The notes under the pieces were generated by a model. It saw nothing but the letters and a program-made list of their open reading frames with translations. It searched no databases and was not told where the DNA came from. Positions 1-8,931 of a DNA stretch of 64,000 nucleotides are shown here, piece by piece (within the stretch, counting starts at the first letter, position 1; each line of letters begins with the position of its first letter). The position numbers were made by a program, and so were the translations under genes. This DNA is from a phage, in the sequence record NC_104726.1, one strand, 5' to 3'.

Positions 1-29
1 TTGCTACCGGGTTGTTCATTAAGCGCTCC

Positions 30-608
30 TCAGCGTTCATAGTAAATCTTATTTAACATTACCTCATCCTTTGCAGAAAGGATATCAAGATATGCATCAC
101 CAAATCTTCCTGCAACAACCTCTGCATGATACATCACTTCGTTAACATCGTCAAGAGTGATAACCGGATGACCATATCTTTCTGAATATTGTCTCAGGGT
201 GCGATGTAACGAGTCGTCATCATATGCAGACTTTTTAATATCACAAACACGACGAATAGCCTTGATGTCGAAAAAACCTGTGCGATACCACCCAAGAAAA
301 AGGTTTCGTGCAGTGTCAACATCTACATTGATACCATCAAGAACCTTATCTACAAGATAGCTGTCATCCTTTGGACCAGCGTCCTTAGTGCGAATGTAGT
401 TGCCATCTTTTCCAGGCGACATCTCCTTCTCATCCCCAACCTGCATGCCATCATTTGGCGGTGTTAGCCACTTATCCGGATGCTTACGATCACGAGCGTT
501 AGAATGATTACGCTGGAAACCGGGCTTCCACTTGAAAGTTTTCTCCATCTGTTCTTCATTCTGATAACGTTTTGCAATCTTTTCACGGTCATCTTTGCGT
601 GAACCCAT
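30..608 (-). CDS. hypothetical protein (192 aa)
   Basis: Long ORF on minus strand; no recognisable motif. Confidence 0.5.
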   Translation of the reverse strand: MGSRKDDREKIAKRYQNEEQMEKTFKWKPGFQRNHSNARDRKHPDKWLTPPNDGMQVGDEKEMSPGKDGNYIRTKDAGPKDDSYLVDKVLDGINVDVDTARNLFLGWYRTGFFDIKAIRRVCDIKKSAYDDDSLHRTLRQYSERYGHPVITLDDVNEVMYHAEVVAGRFGDAYLDILSAKDEVMLNKIYYER

Positions 609-1111
609 AGCTGCCTCCTCTTCAAGTTATAGAAAAACTCACTGTATCGCTTTGTAACGAGCTTTTCTATCAAACTGGTGCGATTGCATTACCTGGTATA
701 GTTTATATAGTTGTGGAGCGATTTAGGGGCCTTCTTGTCAGTTTCCACACATAAACTTCATCCAAGCTCGCGCGGGAGACTCTCAACCGACTCCTTACGG
801 CGCTGGCAAGCTTTCGTCGGTGGTCCACATCAGTGCTCGGCCTTTGGCCTGCGCTATCGCTTCGCTCCCACACATGTTAACAGACCTGCATGTATGAACT
901 TCTGTTATTGTGTGCACCAAGGAGGCCCGGCATCTCGCCCCTCGTAGGCGAGTGCCAATGAAGGGCCGACACTGCCCATAGTAAGTAATAAATTTAAAAC
1001 ATGGTACTTAGGATCTAGTATATTCTACATAAGTTAAGTATATGTACTTAGTACCATAAGTACTAGATCTTTTATTTTTTATTATTTAGTTATTTTAGTT
1101 ATATTCTTTAT

Positions 1112-1220
1112 GTGTCCGTATCACGGACAGTTAGTGTCCGTATTACGGGCAGATGTGTCCGCGTGACGGACAGTAGTGTCCGTATCACGGACAGTTAATA
1201 GTATCCGTTCCATGGCGAAC
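1112..1220. repeat. tandem array of four to five 22-bp-period palindromic units (GTGTCCGT-N3-ACGGACAG); operator-like
   Basis: Read directly: gtgtccgtatcacggacag repeated at about 1112, 1134, 1156, 1177, with a degenerate copy near 1201; each unit is an inverted repeat. Confidence 0.6.
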
Positions 1221-1268
1221 ATAAAACATACGAATCCTTATAGTACAGATATTTAAGTTTTTACTGGT

Positions 1269-1619
1269 CTAACCAGTTGTTGACATCCGAATAACTTCTT
1301 CTGGTGGCAAAACTTTGGAAAATGTGCATCTTTTACCTCTCCCTTGTGTGGATGTTTCAACCACTCCTGCACATTCTAAAGTTTTAACGCACGCTGCTGC
1401 TTTTGTTTTCTTTATCCCAACATCTGCTGCAATTTTCCTTGTGCTTGGTGTGAAGCGTGAATTTCCTCCAAGCTTATACCAGTTGTGCAGGTAGCAGTAT
1501 ACGATCTTGTCATACAAGTCAAGAACAACAACCTCCCCAGTTGTGTCATTCAAAACTTTTGACATAGATAGTATTTCAAGGGGGACTTTAAGATATAGCA
1601 GCTTATCCCCATCTTTCAT
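1269..1619 (-). CDS. hypothetical protein (116 aa), possibly DNA-binding
   Basis: ORF adjacent to the palindromic repeat array; basic C-terminus; no firm motif. Confidence 0.45.
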   Translation of the reverse strand: MKDGDKLLYLKVPLEILSMSKVLNDTTGEVVVLDLYDKIVYCYLHNWYKLGGNSRFTPSTRKIAADVGIKKTKAAACVKTLECAGVVETSTQGRGKRCTFSKVLPPEEVIRMSTTG

Positions 1620-1666
1620 ATCTCCTGATTCTCCTTGTGTGGCAATTTTCTTTAAAATAGCAGGGA

Positions 1667-2221
1667 TTACTCCCTGCTGTCAATATCAAAACTCATTGCA
1701 ATACGGTATGCCTCTTCTAATTGTAAGAGTCTCCCCCACACATCCCAACCGACATCAAGCTGCCTGCCAAACAACTGTTGTGTGGTTCCGTGAGCATGAC
1801 CGAACAGTTGGACTGATCCGTGAGGCTTTCTGTTCCACTTTGCAAACTGGTAATGGCTCATACAGATCAAATTCTTGTTGTGGCGAAGCTCGTAATAATC
1901 TACAACCTCATGACCGAACTCTTTCATAATTCTGACAGTCGTCCTTGTGTCATGGTTGCCACGAACAAGAATAATATGTCCGTTCAACATATTTAGAATA
2001 TCTGGAAGTAAGTTGTTGATATTCTTATCATTAGTGCACGCAATATCTCCCAAGTGGAACACAGTGTCTGCAGGTGACACAACAGAGTTCCACTCGGCGA
2101 TGATTCCCGCATTCATACTGTCAAGATTGTGATCATACTGAGATCTGTGTTTTTGACATGAATCAAACTCCATGACCCGCTGGTGGAGAAAGTGTGTGTC
2201 GCTTGTTACAAAGTATTTCAT
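1667..2221 (-). CDS. calcineurin-like metallophosphoesterase (putative RNA 3'-phosphatase / 2',3'-cyclic phosphodiesterase)
   Basis: Motifs D-T-H (SDTHF), GD (HLGDIA), GNHD, GHAHG; start moved to the internal ATG at MKYFVTSDTHF with GAGGA Shine-Dalgarno (SD); 7-nt gap after upstream kinase gene. Confidence 0.75.
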   Translation of the reverse strand: MKYFVTSDTHFLHQRVMEFDSCQKHRSQYDHNLDSMNAGIIAEWNSVVSPADTVFHLGDIACTNDKNINNLLPDILNMLNGHIILVRGNHDTRTTVRIMKEFGHEVVDYYELRHNKNLICMSHYQFAKWNRKPHGSVQLFGHAHGTTQQLFGRQLDVGWDVWGRLLQLEEAYRIAMSFDIDSRE

Positions 2222-2228
2222 ACATTCC

Positions 2229-2639
2229 TCATTTAAGTTTAATGCAGTTTTTAAGCTGGCGTTCCATACGATCCACAACCTTGTCTGGAACATCATGAAT
2301 GCTTTTATTACCGTGGCGGTTTTCAACCACGATCACGGTATAACTATACCCATGAGTGATTGCCATGTCAACATATTCCTGCACATGTTTTTCTTTTGTA
2401 AACGTATTACTTACCACGATACGGTCGTATCCCATACGCATCATATCTTCTACGTTATCTTTGCACCATTTTGCTGCGAGTGTTACTTTACTTGCATCCC
2501 AGTTGTAATTGCCGTCATCGTCATACCAGAACATGTCGTTCTCAAAATGTGGATACAGACCCTCTAAAGATAGCGCATTTGCCAGTGTTGATTTGCCAGA
2601 CCCTGGTAGACCACGCACGATATATAGCATTTTAGACAT
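2229..2639 (-). CDS. P-loop polynucleotide 5'-kinase-like protein (T4 Pnk kinase-domain-like)
   Basis: Walker A GLPGSGKST and VVSNT motif resembling T4 Pnk IGCPGSGKST / IISDTN; start at MSKMLYIV with GGAGG SD. Confidence 0.7.
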   Translation of the reverse strand: MSKMLYIVRGLPGSGKSTLANALSLEGLYPHFENDMFWYDDDGNYNWDASKVTLAAKWCKDNVEDMMRMGYDRIVVSNTFTKEKHVQEYVDMAITHGYSYTVIVVENRHGNKSIHDVPDKVVDRMERQLKNCIKLK

Positions 2640-2739
2640 AGCGACCCTCCGTTTTAATTTCAACGGTAGTATACCTAACTGTTTTGTTAATTTCAAGTGT
2701 TGACACTAAGTTATTTGTGTGGCAGGATAGACTGACAAA

Positions 2740-3675
2740 ATGACAAATGAGGAACATATAATGAAGTATTTTAATGCAGACGACCTAGTTGACAAAGGTC
2801 TTGCAACCAGTAGGTATTACCCAGATCTCGGGTTAAAGATCTATAAATATGCTAGAAAAGTATTTTACAACAATTTATGGCATTTGTCCCCTCGTTTACT
2901 GGAGTGCCGAGGCATTGTTGTAGGTAATGAAGGAAATGTTGTGGCATGGCCCTTCACAAAAGTGTTTAACTTGGGAGAAAACTCCACCAACCTGCCTGAC
3001 AATAAGCTTGTGACTGCGGTAGAGAAAAAGAACGGATTCCTTGGTGTGGTATCATCTCATAAAGGTGACCTATTGTTCTCAACAACCGGGTCTCTTGATT
3101 CTCCATATTGTAACCTTGCAAAGGAAACCATCCAAGAGCAATGTGGTAATTTAGATCTTATCAAGAAGGTTATGGGCAATGAAAACATGACATTCATGTT
3201 TGAAATTTGTCACCCTTCAGATCCGCATATTGTTCAAGAAGACCATGGCGCATATTTGATAGGTTGCAGATATAATGATTCTGGAATAATGCTACCAGAA
3301 GCAGCTTTAGATGGGATTGCCAAATACCTTGGTGCAAAACGTCCTAACACTGTGCGTGAAATTCCGTTCAGCTATGCAAAAGAATTAGCTGCAGAAACAA
3401 GAGGTGAAGGGTATATGATTCGTAAGCCTTACTACCCTTATGATCTGCAGCTGAAGATCAAGTCTCCATACTATCTGGCACGGAAGGCAGTAATGAGGGG
3501 TAAAGCTTGGAAGATTTGGGATGATGATATCTTTAAACGTGTTGACGAAGAGTTTTACGGTATGGTAAAATTTATTCGTAGCAACTATACAGAAGATGTG
3601 TGGAATTGCTTATTAGAGCAGGAGCGTCGTGAGATACTGGACTACTATTTCCACAACGAGGACTATATGCAATGA
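2740..3675 (+). CDS. RNA ligase (covalent nucleotidyltransferase, Rnl/Trl1-like)
   Basis: Motif I K-K-N-G (EKKNGFLG, compare Trl1 KANG), motif III FMFEI, motif IV EGYMIRK, motif V LKIKS; divergent from the kinase-phosphoesterase operon. Confidence 0.7.
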   Translation: MTNEEHIMKYFNADDLVDKGLATSRYYPDLGLKIYKYARKVFYNNLWHLSPRLLECRGIVVGNEGNVVAWPFTKVFNLGENSTNLPDNKLVTAVEKKNGFLGVVSSHKGDLLFSTTGSLDSPYCNLAKETIQEQCGNLDLIKKVMGNENMTFMFEICHPSDPHIVQEDHGAYLIGCRYNDSGIMLPEAALDGIAKYLGAKRPNTVREIPFSYAKELAAETRGEGYMIRKPYYPYDLQLKIKSPYYLARKAVMRGKAWKIWDDDIFKRVDEEFYGMVKFIRSNYTEDVWNCLLEQERREILDYYFHNEDYMQ

Positions 3676-4022
3676 AGAAGTGGATTGTGTGGCTTGATGA
3701 TTTTAGAGATCCGTCAGATTATGGACTCCCAGACGCTCTGTGGCTAAAGAATTCTTCTGAGTTTATGGATTTTCTTAATGATAAGAGAAAGCTCTACAGA
3801 CGCGTATCTGAGTGGTATTTTGACAATGATCTAGGTGAAGTGCTTGAAGGGTACGACTGCTTCTCTGCGCTAGAGGAGAAACTTGTATTCGGAAAGCCAC
3901 CACTTATTGACAACGTGATTATTTTCGTGCATACTTCTAATCCATCGGCAGCTCGTAAATTTATGCTTGCTGCTGACTCATTCAAGAAGTTTGGAATAGA
4001 GATTAAACAAAACATCTACTGA
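3672..4022 (+). CDS. hypothetical protein (116 aa)
   Basis: ORF overlapping upstream stop (ATGA); between RNA ligase and Sir2 genes. Confidence 0.5.
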   Translation: MKKWIVWLDDFRDPSDYGLPDALWLKNSSEFMDFLNDKRKLYRRVSEWYFDNDLGEVLEGYDCFSALEEKLVFGKPPLIDNVIIFVHTSNPSAARKFMLAADSFKKFGIEIKQNIY

Positions 4023-4030
4023 GGACACTT

Positions 4031-4792
4031 ATGCGACGACTGATTATTATCTCCGGTGCTGGTTTGAGCGCTGAATCTGGTATTCCCACTTTCCGATCTG
4101 GTAGCACTGCAATGTGGGAGAATTTCAGCATCGATGAGGTGTGCAACATCCACACCTTTGCCAAGAATTACTATAAGGTGCATGACTTTTACAATGCACG
4201 TCGTGTAGCTCTGGGCAGTGTTGATCCTAACCTTGCACATCTTCGGATCGCTGAGTGGTATTCCCGCTGGTCTGGTCGTGTGATCAACCTTACCACCAAT
4301 GTAGATGATTTGCTGGAGCGTGCTGGTGTAAAACATGAAGATATTTTACATGTCCACGGGTATTTGCCTGAAATCACCTACGAAGATGCTGAAGGTAATG
4401 ATGTAATTAAAAATATCGGATACACGGAGGTAGATACAGGCAAGTATACCTGGGTTAAGCCCAATGTAGTGTTATTCGGTGAGGTTGCTCCTAAGTATAC
4501 AGACATGTATGACCTGTTGACATCTCTCACAAGCAATGATATGGTGATCCTAGTAGGTTGTTCTAACACAGTTATTAATTTTAACTGGGAATTGTTTCCT
4601 GCTACTTGTAAAGGCACAAAACTGCTGATTGTAAACAAGTATGACTCGCAGAGTGCAGATGGAAGTGGCATTTCACGTAGCGACCTTTATCAATATGAGG
4701 ATCGCGGGATCCCTGTATGGTTTAACGGTGCTGTTGACGCTTTCTCTGATAAAGCATTTATTGAAACTGTAGAAAACTTTATGGAACTTTAA
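4031..4792 (+). CDS. Sir2 (sirtuin) family NAD-dependent protein
   Basis: Canonical sirtuin signature GAGLSAESGIPTFR, TTNVDDL (QNID-like), catalytic HG in LHVHGYL. Confidence 0.8.
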   Translation: MRRLIIISGAGLSAESGIPTFRSGSTAMWENFSIDEVCNIHTFAKNYYKVHDFYNARRVALGSVDPNLAHLRIAEWYSRWSGRVINLTTNVDDLLERAGVKHEDILHVHGYLPEITYEDAEGNDVIKNIGYTEVDTGKYTWVKPNVVLFGEVAPKYTDMYDLLTSLTSNDMVILVGCSNTVINFNWELFPATCKGTKLLIVNKYDSQSADGSGISRSDLYQYEDRGIPVWFNGAVDAFSDKAFIETVENFMEL

Positions 4793-4805
4793 AAGGAGAC
4801 CTTTA

Positions 4806-5519
4806 ATGCTGAATACTAAACTGATCGACAACCTGGAAAAACTGTCTCAGCCTGAAAACTACCTTTGGTCTGCCAACTGGGTGGAAAACTGGAACCGTGT
4901 GGCAGCTAAAGTGAAAAAATCATACACACCATTCGAATTACAGCTTAGCTTCATTGAGGAAGAGTTCAATGAGGTTTTGGAAGAGCTGGAGAAAGGTGAT
5001 GGTGGAGATCACCTGCTAAAAGAGGCCTGCGATCTTCACGTTGTCACAAGTTATGCCGCTTATCTTGTTAATGATAATCACGAAAAGTGGTCAAACCTGT
5101 TTGATAATCCACGAGGTCTTAAGTTCAAGATCGGTGAGTTCTATGATACACTGATCGCTGCGAAAAACACATCCAAGCAAAGAGCGTCAGCTTACCGCTT
5201 AGCGGAGTTGTCAACAGCTTTGCTGTTCCAGCTTCGCGGCGATGTGTGTGGGATGATGCGGAAGGTTCTCAAATCTAATGACAGCAAGTTTGCACGGATC
5301 AACCATCTACGATATTCTCACGGTGCCAGTGCAGATATGTCTACTGAATTGCTCATAGAGTTAGAGATTGAAGATCTTGAGCGTCGTTTTGGTGGTCGCT
5401 ACGAAGGTTTCGTTGCTAAAGAGGAGTTCTACAACGGTAATAAAGTTATTATATTCCTTGACAGTAAAGGTAAGATTATGAAGCCTTCGAGCTTCAAGGA
5501 TGTAACAGAGTATATTTAA
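4806..5519 (+). CDS. hypothetical protein, possible MazG-like all-alpha NTP pyrophosphohydrolase
   Basis: Acidic EEEFNEVLEELEKGD...KEACDL pattern resembling the MazG/HisE E-x-x-E metal motif; weak. Confidence 0.45.
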   Translation: MLNTKLIDNLEKLSQPENYLWSANWVENWNRVAAKVKKSYTPFELQLSFIEEEFNEVLEELEKGDGGDHLLKEACDLHVVTSYAAYLVNDNHEKWSNLFDNPRGLKFKIGEFYDTLIAAKNTSKQRASAYRLAELSTALLFQLRGDVCGMMRKVLKSNDSKFARINHLRYSHGASADMSTELLIELEIEDLERRFGGRYEGFVAKEEFYNGNKVIIFLDSKGKIMKPSSFKDVTEYI

Positions 5520-5525
5520 CAACAT

Positions 5526-5548
5526 AGCCGGGATTACCCGGCTTTACT
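5526..5548 (+). terminator. rho-independent terminator-like hairpin
   Basis: agccggg-atta-cccggct followed by a T-run, just after the stop at 5519. Confidence 0.5.
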
Positions 5549-5581
5549 TATTATGGAAAGTATGCAGTGAGGTAGTTAGTT

Positions 5582-5890
5582 ATGTACAAGCATTCCAGAG
5601 ATCTTGAAAAAGATGCTGTGTTTGGCGACCAGATGAAGGAGCTGATCAAACTTATAGGTAGAATGGAAGATAAGTTTGACACTAAAATCTACATCGATAG
5701 CAAGATCTTCAACCACAAAATATGGACAAATGTGTGTGTTGGGCTACATGGTGATAAAGATATTGTAAATTTGGTTGTAATAAAGTTCATAGTGTGGCAG
5801 AATAGGACTATACGTTATTCCGATCCACACTTACTTGTTTATCCTATAAAAGACCTACTACAGAAGGAGGACTGCAATGCCGTTATTTAA
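5582..5890 (+). CDS. hypothetical protein (102 aa)
   Basis: ORF with upstream SD-like sequence. Confidence 0.45.
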   Translation: MYKHSRDLEKDAVFGDQMKELIKLIGRMEDKFDTKIYIDSKIFNHKIWTNVCVGLHGDKDIVNLVVIKFIVWQNRTIRYSDPHLLVYPIKDLLQKEDCNAVI

Positions 5891-6146
5891 TCTTGCTAAA
5901 CCTGTAGAAGCACACCAGTTTGATGGAAGCTCTTCATCAGTATCTGATCTGCAACGGTGGATTGATACAGGTGTGTTTACATCGTCACCTGTTCGGACCA
6001 GAGATATTCGTCGCATGTGTGAGCTTGTTGAGCCGTTTGGCAACTTGGTTTTGTACCAGGGAGATTGGTTAGTTGACTTTATGGGAGACTGGTTGGTAAT
6101 GAGTAAAGAAGAGATGTTTAAAATTTTTAAGGAAGAGGCCGAGTAA
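5877..6146 (+). CDS. hypothetical protein (89 aa)
   Basis: ORF overlapping neighbours on both sides. Confidence 0.45.
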   Translation: MPLFNLAKPVEAHQFDGSSSSVSDLQRWIDTGVFTSSPVRTRDIRRMCELVEPFGNLVLYQGDWLVDFMGDWLVMSKEEMFKIFKEEAE

Positions 6147-7429
6147 TGCATCAAATCAAAACAACACTGTACGCACTGAACAAAGATGGCAGCTACCAAC
6201 AGTGGAAAGTATTCACTGATGGCGAAAAGGTTATCGTAGAGTTTGGCAAGCTTGACGGTAAATTGCAGTACAAAGAGACGGTATGCACACCTAAAAACGT
6301 AGGTCGTGCCAACGAGACTACAGCTGAGCAACAGGCCGAGCTTGAGGCTATCAGCAAGTGGGAAAAACAAGTCCGTCTGGGGTATGTTGAAAACATGGAA
6401 GATTGCGAGCAGGGTGTTGATCTTTTACCTATGCTGGTGCATGACTACCTGAAGCGTGGCAAGGCACTTAAATTACCTTGCTGGATCTTGCGTAAGTTAG
6501 ATGGCCTTCGTCTGCTTGTTGTTTTCCAAAATGGTGAGCCTAAATTTATTTCCCGTGGTAATAAGTCCTACCCTATTCAAGGAAAGCTTTTAGAGCAACT
6601 TCGTTCTTTCCATTCTACCACTGGGATTAAACAACTTGATGGGGAACTATACATTCATGGTCTTCCTTTGCAGAAAATAGTGTCTCTTGCTAAACGGTGG
6701 CGCACACAGGAAGAGATTCAGGCCGAGATCGATAAAGACTATGAGGCAGATAAAAAACGCCGTCATGCAGCAATTAAGGCAGGCTTATCAACATACAAAA
6801 ACTTCAACAAGGTAGATATTCCTGTCGATGTTGAGCCTGTTCGTGATGATTTGCGTTACGGTGGATACTGTAGCTACGATCTGGAGTATCACATTTTTGA
6901 TATTCCTAGCGACAAGGTGTGGTGGGATCCAGAAACAGAGTCTGGACGCTGCAAGGATCTTATGGATGCAGAGGATACCGTTACCACTCTGATGCTTGAT
7001 CATATCAAGGTTGTTGACGCAGAGCTTGCGTACACAGTTGATCATTGCGAAGAATCTGTTGGTATATTCATGTCCGAAGGATATGAAGGTACTATCATGC
7101 GTAATTTCTGCGGTAAATATGAGTATGGTCAGCGAACATCTGAAGCATTGAAATGGAAAAAGTTCAACGACGCAGAGGTGAAAGTTATTGACGTTGAGAA
7201 AGATAAGAATGATGAAGGTGTTCTTATCTGTGTTGACAAGGAAGGTATTGTTGTTAAAATGAAGATGAAAGGTACGCACGAGGAGCGTAGCTATGACAGA
7301 ATGCAGGAAATGATCGGCAAGTTTGTCACCTTCAAATATCAAGCAAGGACAGAAGACAACAACTACCAATTCCCTGTCGGTATCTGCGTCCGAAATGTTA
7401 ACCCAGATACTTGGGAGGTTCTGGAATGA
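6146..7429 (+). CDS. ATP-dependent DNA ligase
   Basis: Motif I KLDGLR (KxDGxR), motif IV EGTIMR, motif V KWKK; 427 aa. Confidence 0.8.
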   Translation: MHQIKTTLYALNKDGSYQQWKVFTDGEKVIVEFGKLDGKLQYKETVCTPKNVGRANETTAEQQAELEAISKWEKQVRLGYVENMEDCEQGVDLLPMLVHDYLKRGKALKLPCWILRKLDGLRLLVVFQNGEPKFISRGNKSYPIQGKLLEQLRSFHSTTGIKQLDGELYIHGLPLQKIVSLAKRWRTQEEIQAEIDKDYEADKKRRHAAIKAGLSTYKNFNKVDIPVDVEPVRDDLRYGGYCSYDLEYHIFDIPSDKVWWDPETESGRCKDLMDAEDTVTTLMLDHIKVVDAELAYTVDHCEESVGIFMSEGYEGTIMRNFCGKYEYGQRTSEALKWKKFNDAEVKVIDVEKDKNDEGVLICVDKEGIVVKMKMKGTHEERSYDRMQEMIGKFVTFKYQARTEDNNYQFPVGICVRNVNPDTWEVLE

Positions 7430-7554
7430 TGTAGGATGGTTTAGTAGGTAACGGTAGCCAATTGAATGATGGTTTTTCAATTGGCACCTACATAACCACA
7501 CCACACAGTGGTGCTGATCGGGGCTCGTTATGAGTGAACTGGAGAGTATGAAAA

Positions 7555-8052
7555 ATGAAACTTGATAAAAATATTCAACGAAAAGCTTTCTTGGATCTTA
7601 TTGGCTGGGCAGAGGGAACAACAACCCACCCTGCCACCAAATGTGGAGGATACGATGTTGTAGCATACGGGATGGACGGAAAACCTGAAATCTTTACAGA
7701 TTTTTCTACACACCCTTTTGCAAACGGTCGCCCTGGTAAAGTGTTTAACTCAAAAGGGCAAAGAACTACAGCCTGCGGTAAATATCAATTTCTTGTCAAA
7801 TACTGGGAACACTACAAAAAACAGCTTAAGTTGCCGGATTTTGGACCAGATAGCCAGGATAAGTGGGCAATCCAGTTGATCAGGGAACGTAAAGCACTTG
7901 AAGACATAGATAACGGTCATATTAAATCTGCTATACGTAAGACCTCAAATATTTGGGCTTCGTTCCCATACAACCAGTACGACCAAAATCCAAAAACCAT
8001 TGACAAGTTGCTTAAGAAATTTGTAGAGTTTGGAGGTGTTGTTCTGGATTAA
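7555..8052 (+). CDS. endolysin, phage lambda R-type lytic transglycosylase
   Basis: NIQRKAFLDLIGWAEGT...GKYQFL...SNIWAS closely parallels lambda R (NQRKAFLDMLAWSEGT...GRYQLL...SNIWAS). Confidence 0.9.
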   Translation: MKLDKNIQRKAFLDLIGWAEGTTTHPATKCGGYDVVAYGMDGKPEIFTDFSTHPFANGRPGKVFNSKGQRTTACGKYQFLVKYWEHYKKQLKLPDFGPDSQDKWAIQLIRERKALEDIDNGHIKSAIRKTSNIWASFPYNQYDQNPKTIDKLLKKFVEFGGVVLD

Positions 8053-8060
8053 TGATCAAA

Positions 8061-8086
8061 AGGTAGGCCACTCGCCTACCTTTCTA
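8061..8086 (+). terminator. terminator-like hairpin
   Basis: aggtaggc-cactc-gcctacct followed by a short T-run. Confidence 0.4.
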
Positions 8087-8106
8087 CACCAGAGGTGTGT
8101 TGAGAT

Positions 8107-8868
8107 ATGAAGATACATTTCTTTTTTAATGATCATTACCCTTATTGGTACAAGGATGGTGATCTAATCTTTTGGAAACCTGGCTACAGTAGGAATGGAA
8201 ATAGGGCTGGACACTACAACAAAAAGACTGGATATTTCCAAGTGTACAATAAGCTGACAAATGTTAAACGTGGCAGACATAGGGAAATTTTTGACATGTT
8301 TTACGGATGTGTCACAGATACTTGGCATATCGATCATATCGTATCTAAGAAAAATTCTACTAACGGAGTGCCTGTAGACAAGATAGAAAACCTTCAAATG
8401 TTGAAGCCATGGGATAACTACTGTAAGAGAGCCTTGGAAAATGTACAAAGCAATAATACCTCTACAGTGACTGGTGTGGTATGGCTGAAAAGAGAGGGTA
8501 AGTGGAGGGCAAGTAGAAGGATAAATAGGGTAAATGTTAGGTTGGGAGATTTTGACACTTTCGAAGAGGCTAAATCTAGGATTGAATGGTCGATAGCCAA
8601 CCCGGAAGAGGCTTTAAAGATAGTTCCAAACCCGCACAAGAATAATATCCTGCCCGGTATTGATTGGTCTAAGAAAGATACCTGTTGGAGGGCACGAGAT
8701 AACAAAGGAAGAAACTTAAGGTGCTTCAACGACAGGAAGTGGCTAAATCCGTGGTGGGAGGCAGTTTGTGCAAGAAAGTCTTGGGAAGTAAACTGTCTCT
8801 ACGGAGAGATGTCACTAACTGAGTGGAAGTTATCCAGAGGCTATCCAAGACCTTGTGTTAAGGATTGA
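8107..8868 (+). CDS. HNH homing endonuclease with AP2-like DNA-binding domain
   Basis: HNH core WHIDHIVSKKNSTNGVPVDKIENLQML; AP2-like GVVWLKREGKWRASRRINRVNVRLGDFDTFEEA. Confidence 0.8.
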   Translation: MKIHFFFNDHYPYWYKDGDLIFWKPGYSRNGNRAGHYNKKTGYFQVYNKLTNVKRGRHREIFDMFYGCVTDTWHIDHIVSKKNSTNGVPVDKIENLQMLKPWDNYCKRALENVQSNNTSTVTGVVWLKREGKWRASRRINRVNVRLGDFDTFEEAKSRIEWSIANPEEALKIVPNPHKNNILPGIDWSKKDTCWRARDNKGRNLRCFNDRKWLNPWWEAVCARKSWEVNCLYGEMSLTEWKLSRGYPRPCVKD

Positions 8869-8931
8869 TCATTGACATAACCACACGGACGTGGTATTGT
8901 TACCTCATAAAATGTTTAGGAGGGTTTAACC

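Noticed and set aside
711-947. Track ORF (78 aa, plus strand) in the GC-rich intergenic island
   Set aside because: No SD, Cys/Arg/Pro-rich low-complexity translation, sits between two minus-strand genes; more likely non-coding or structured RNA.
1112-1195. Possible CRISPR-like repeat array
   Set aside because: Units are 19-bp palindromes separated by only 3 bp with no unique spacers; fits an operator/binding-site array, not a CRISPR.
2699-2735. TTGACA hexamer upstream of the RNA ligase gene as a promoter
   Set aside because: No convincing -10 element at 16-18 bp spacing (caggat/aggata only); left uncalled, though a divergent promoter in this interval is likely.
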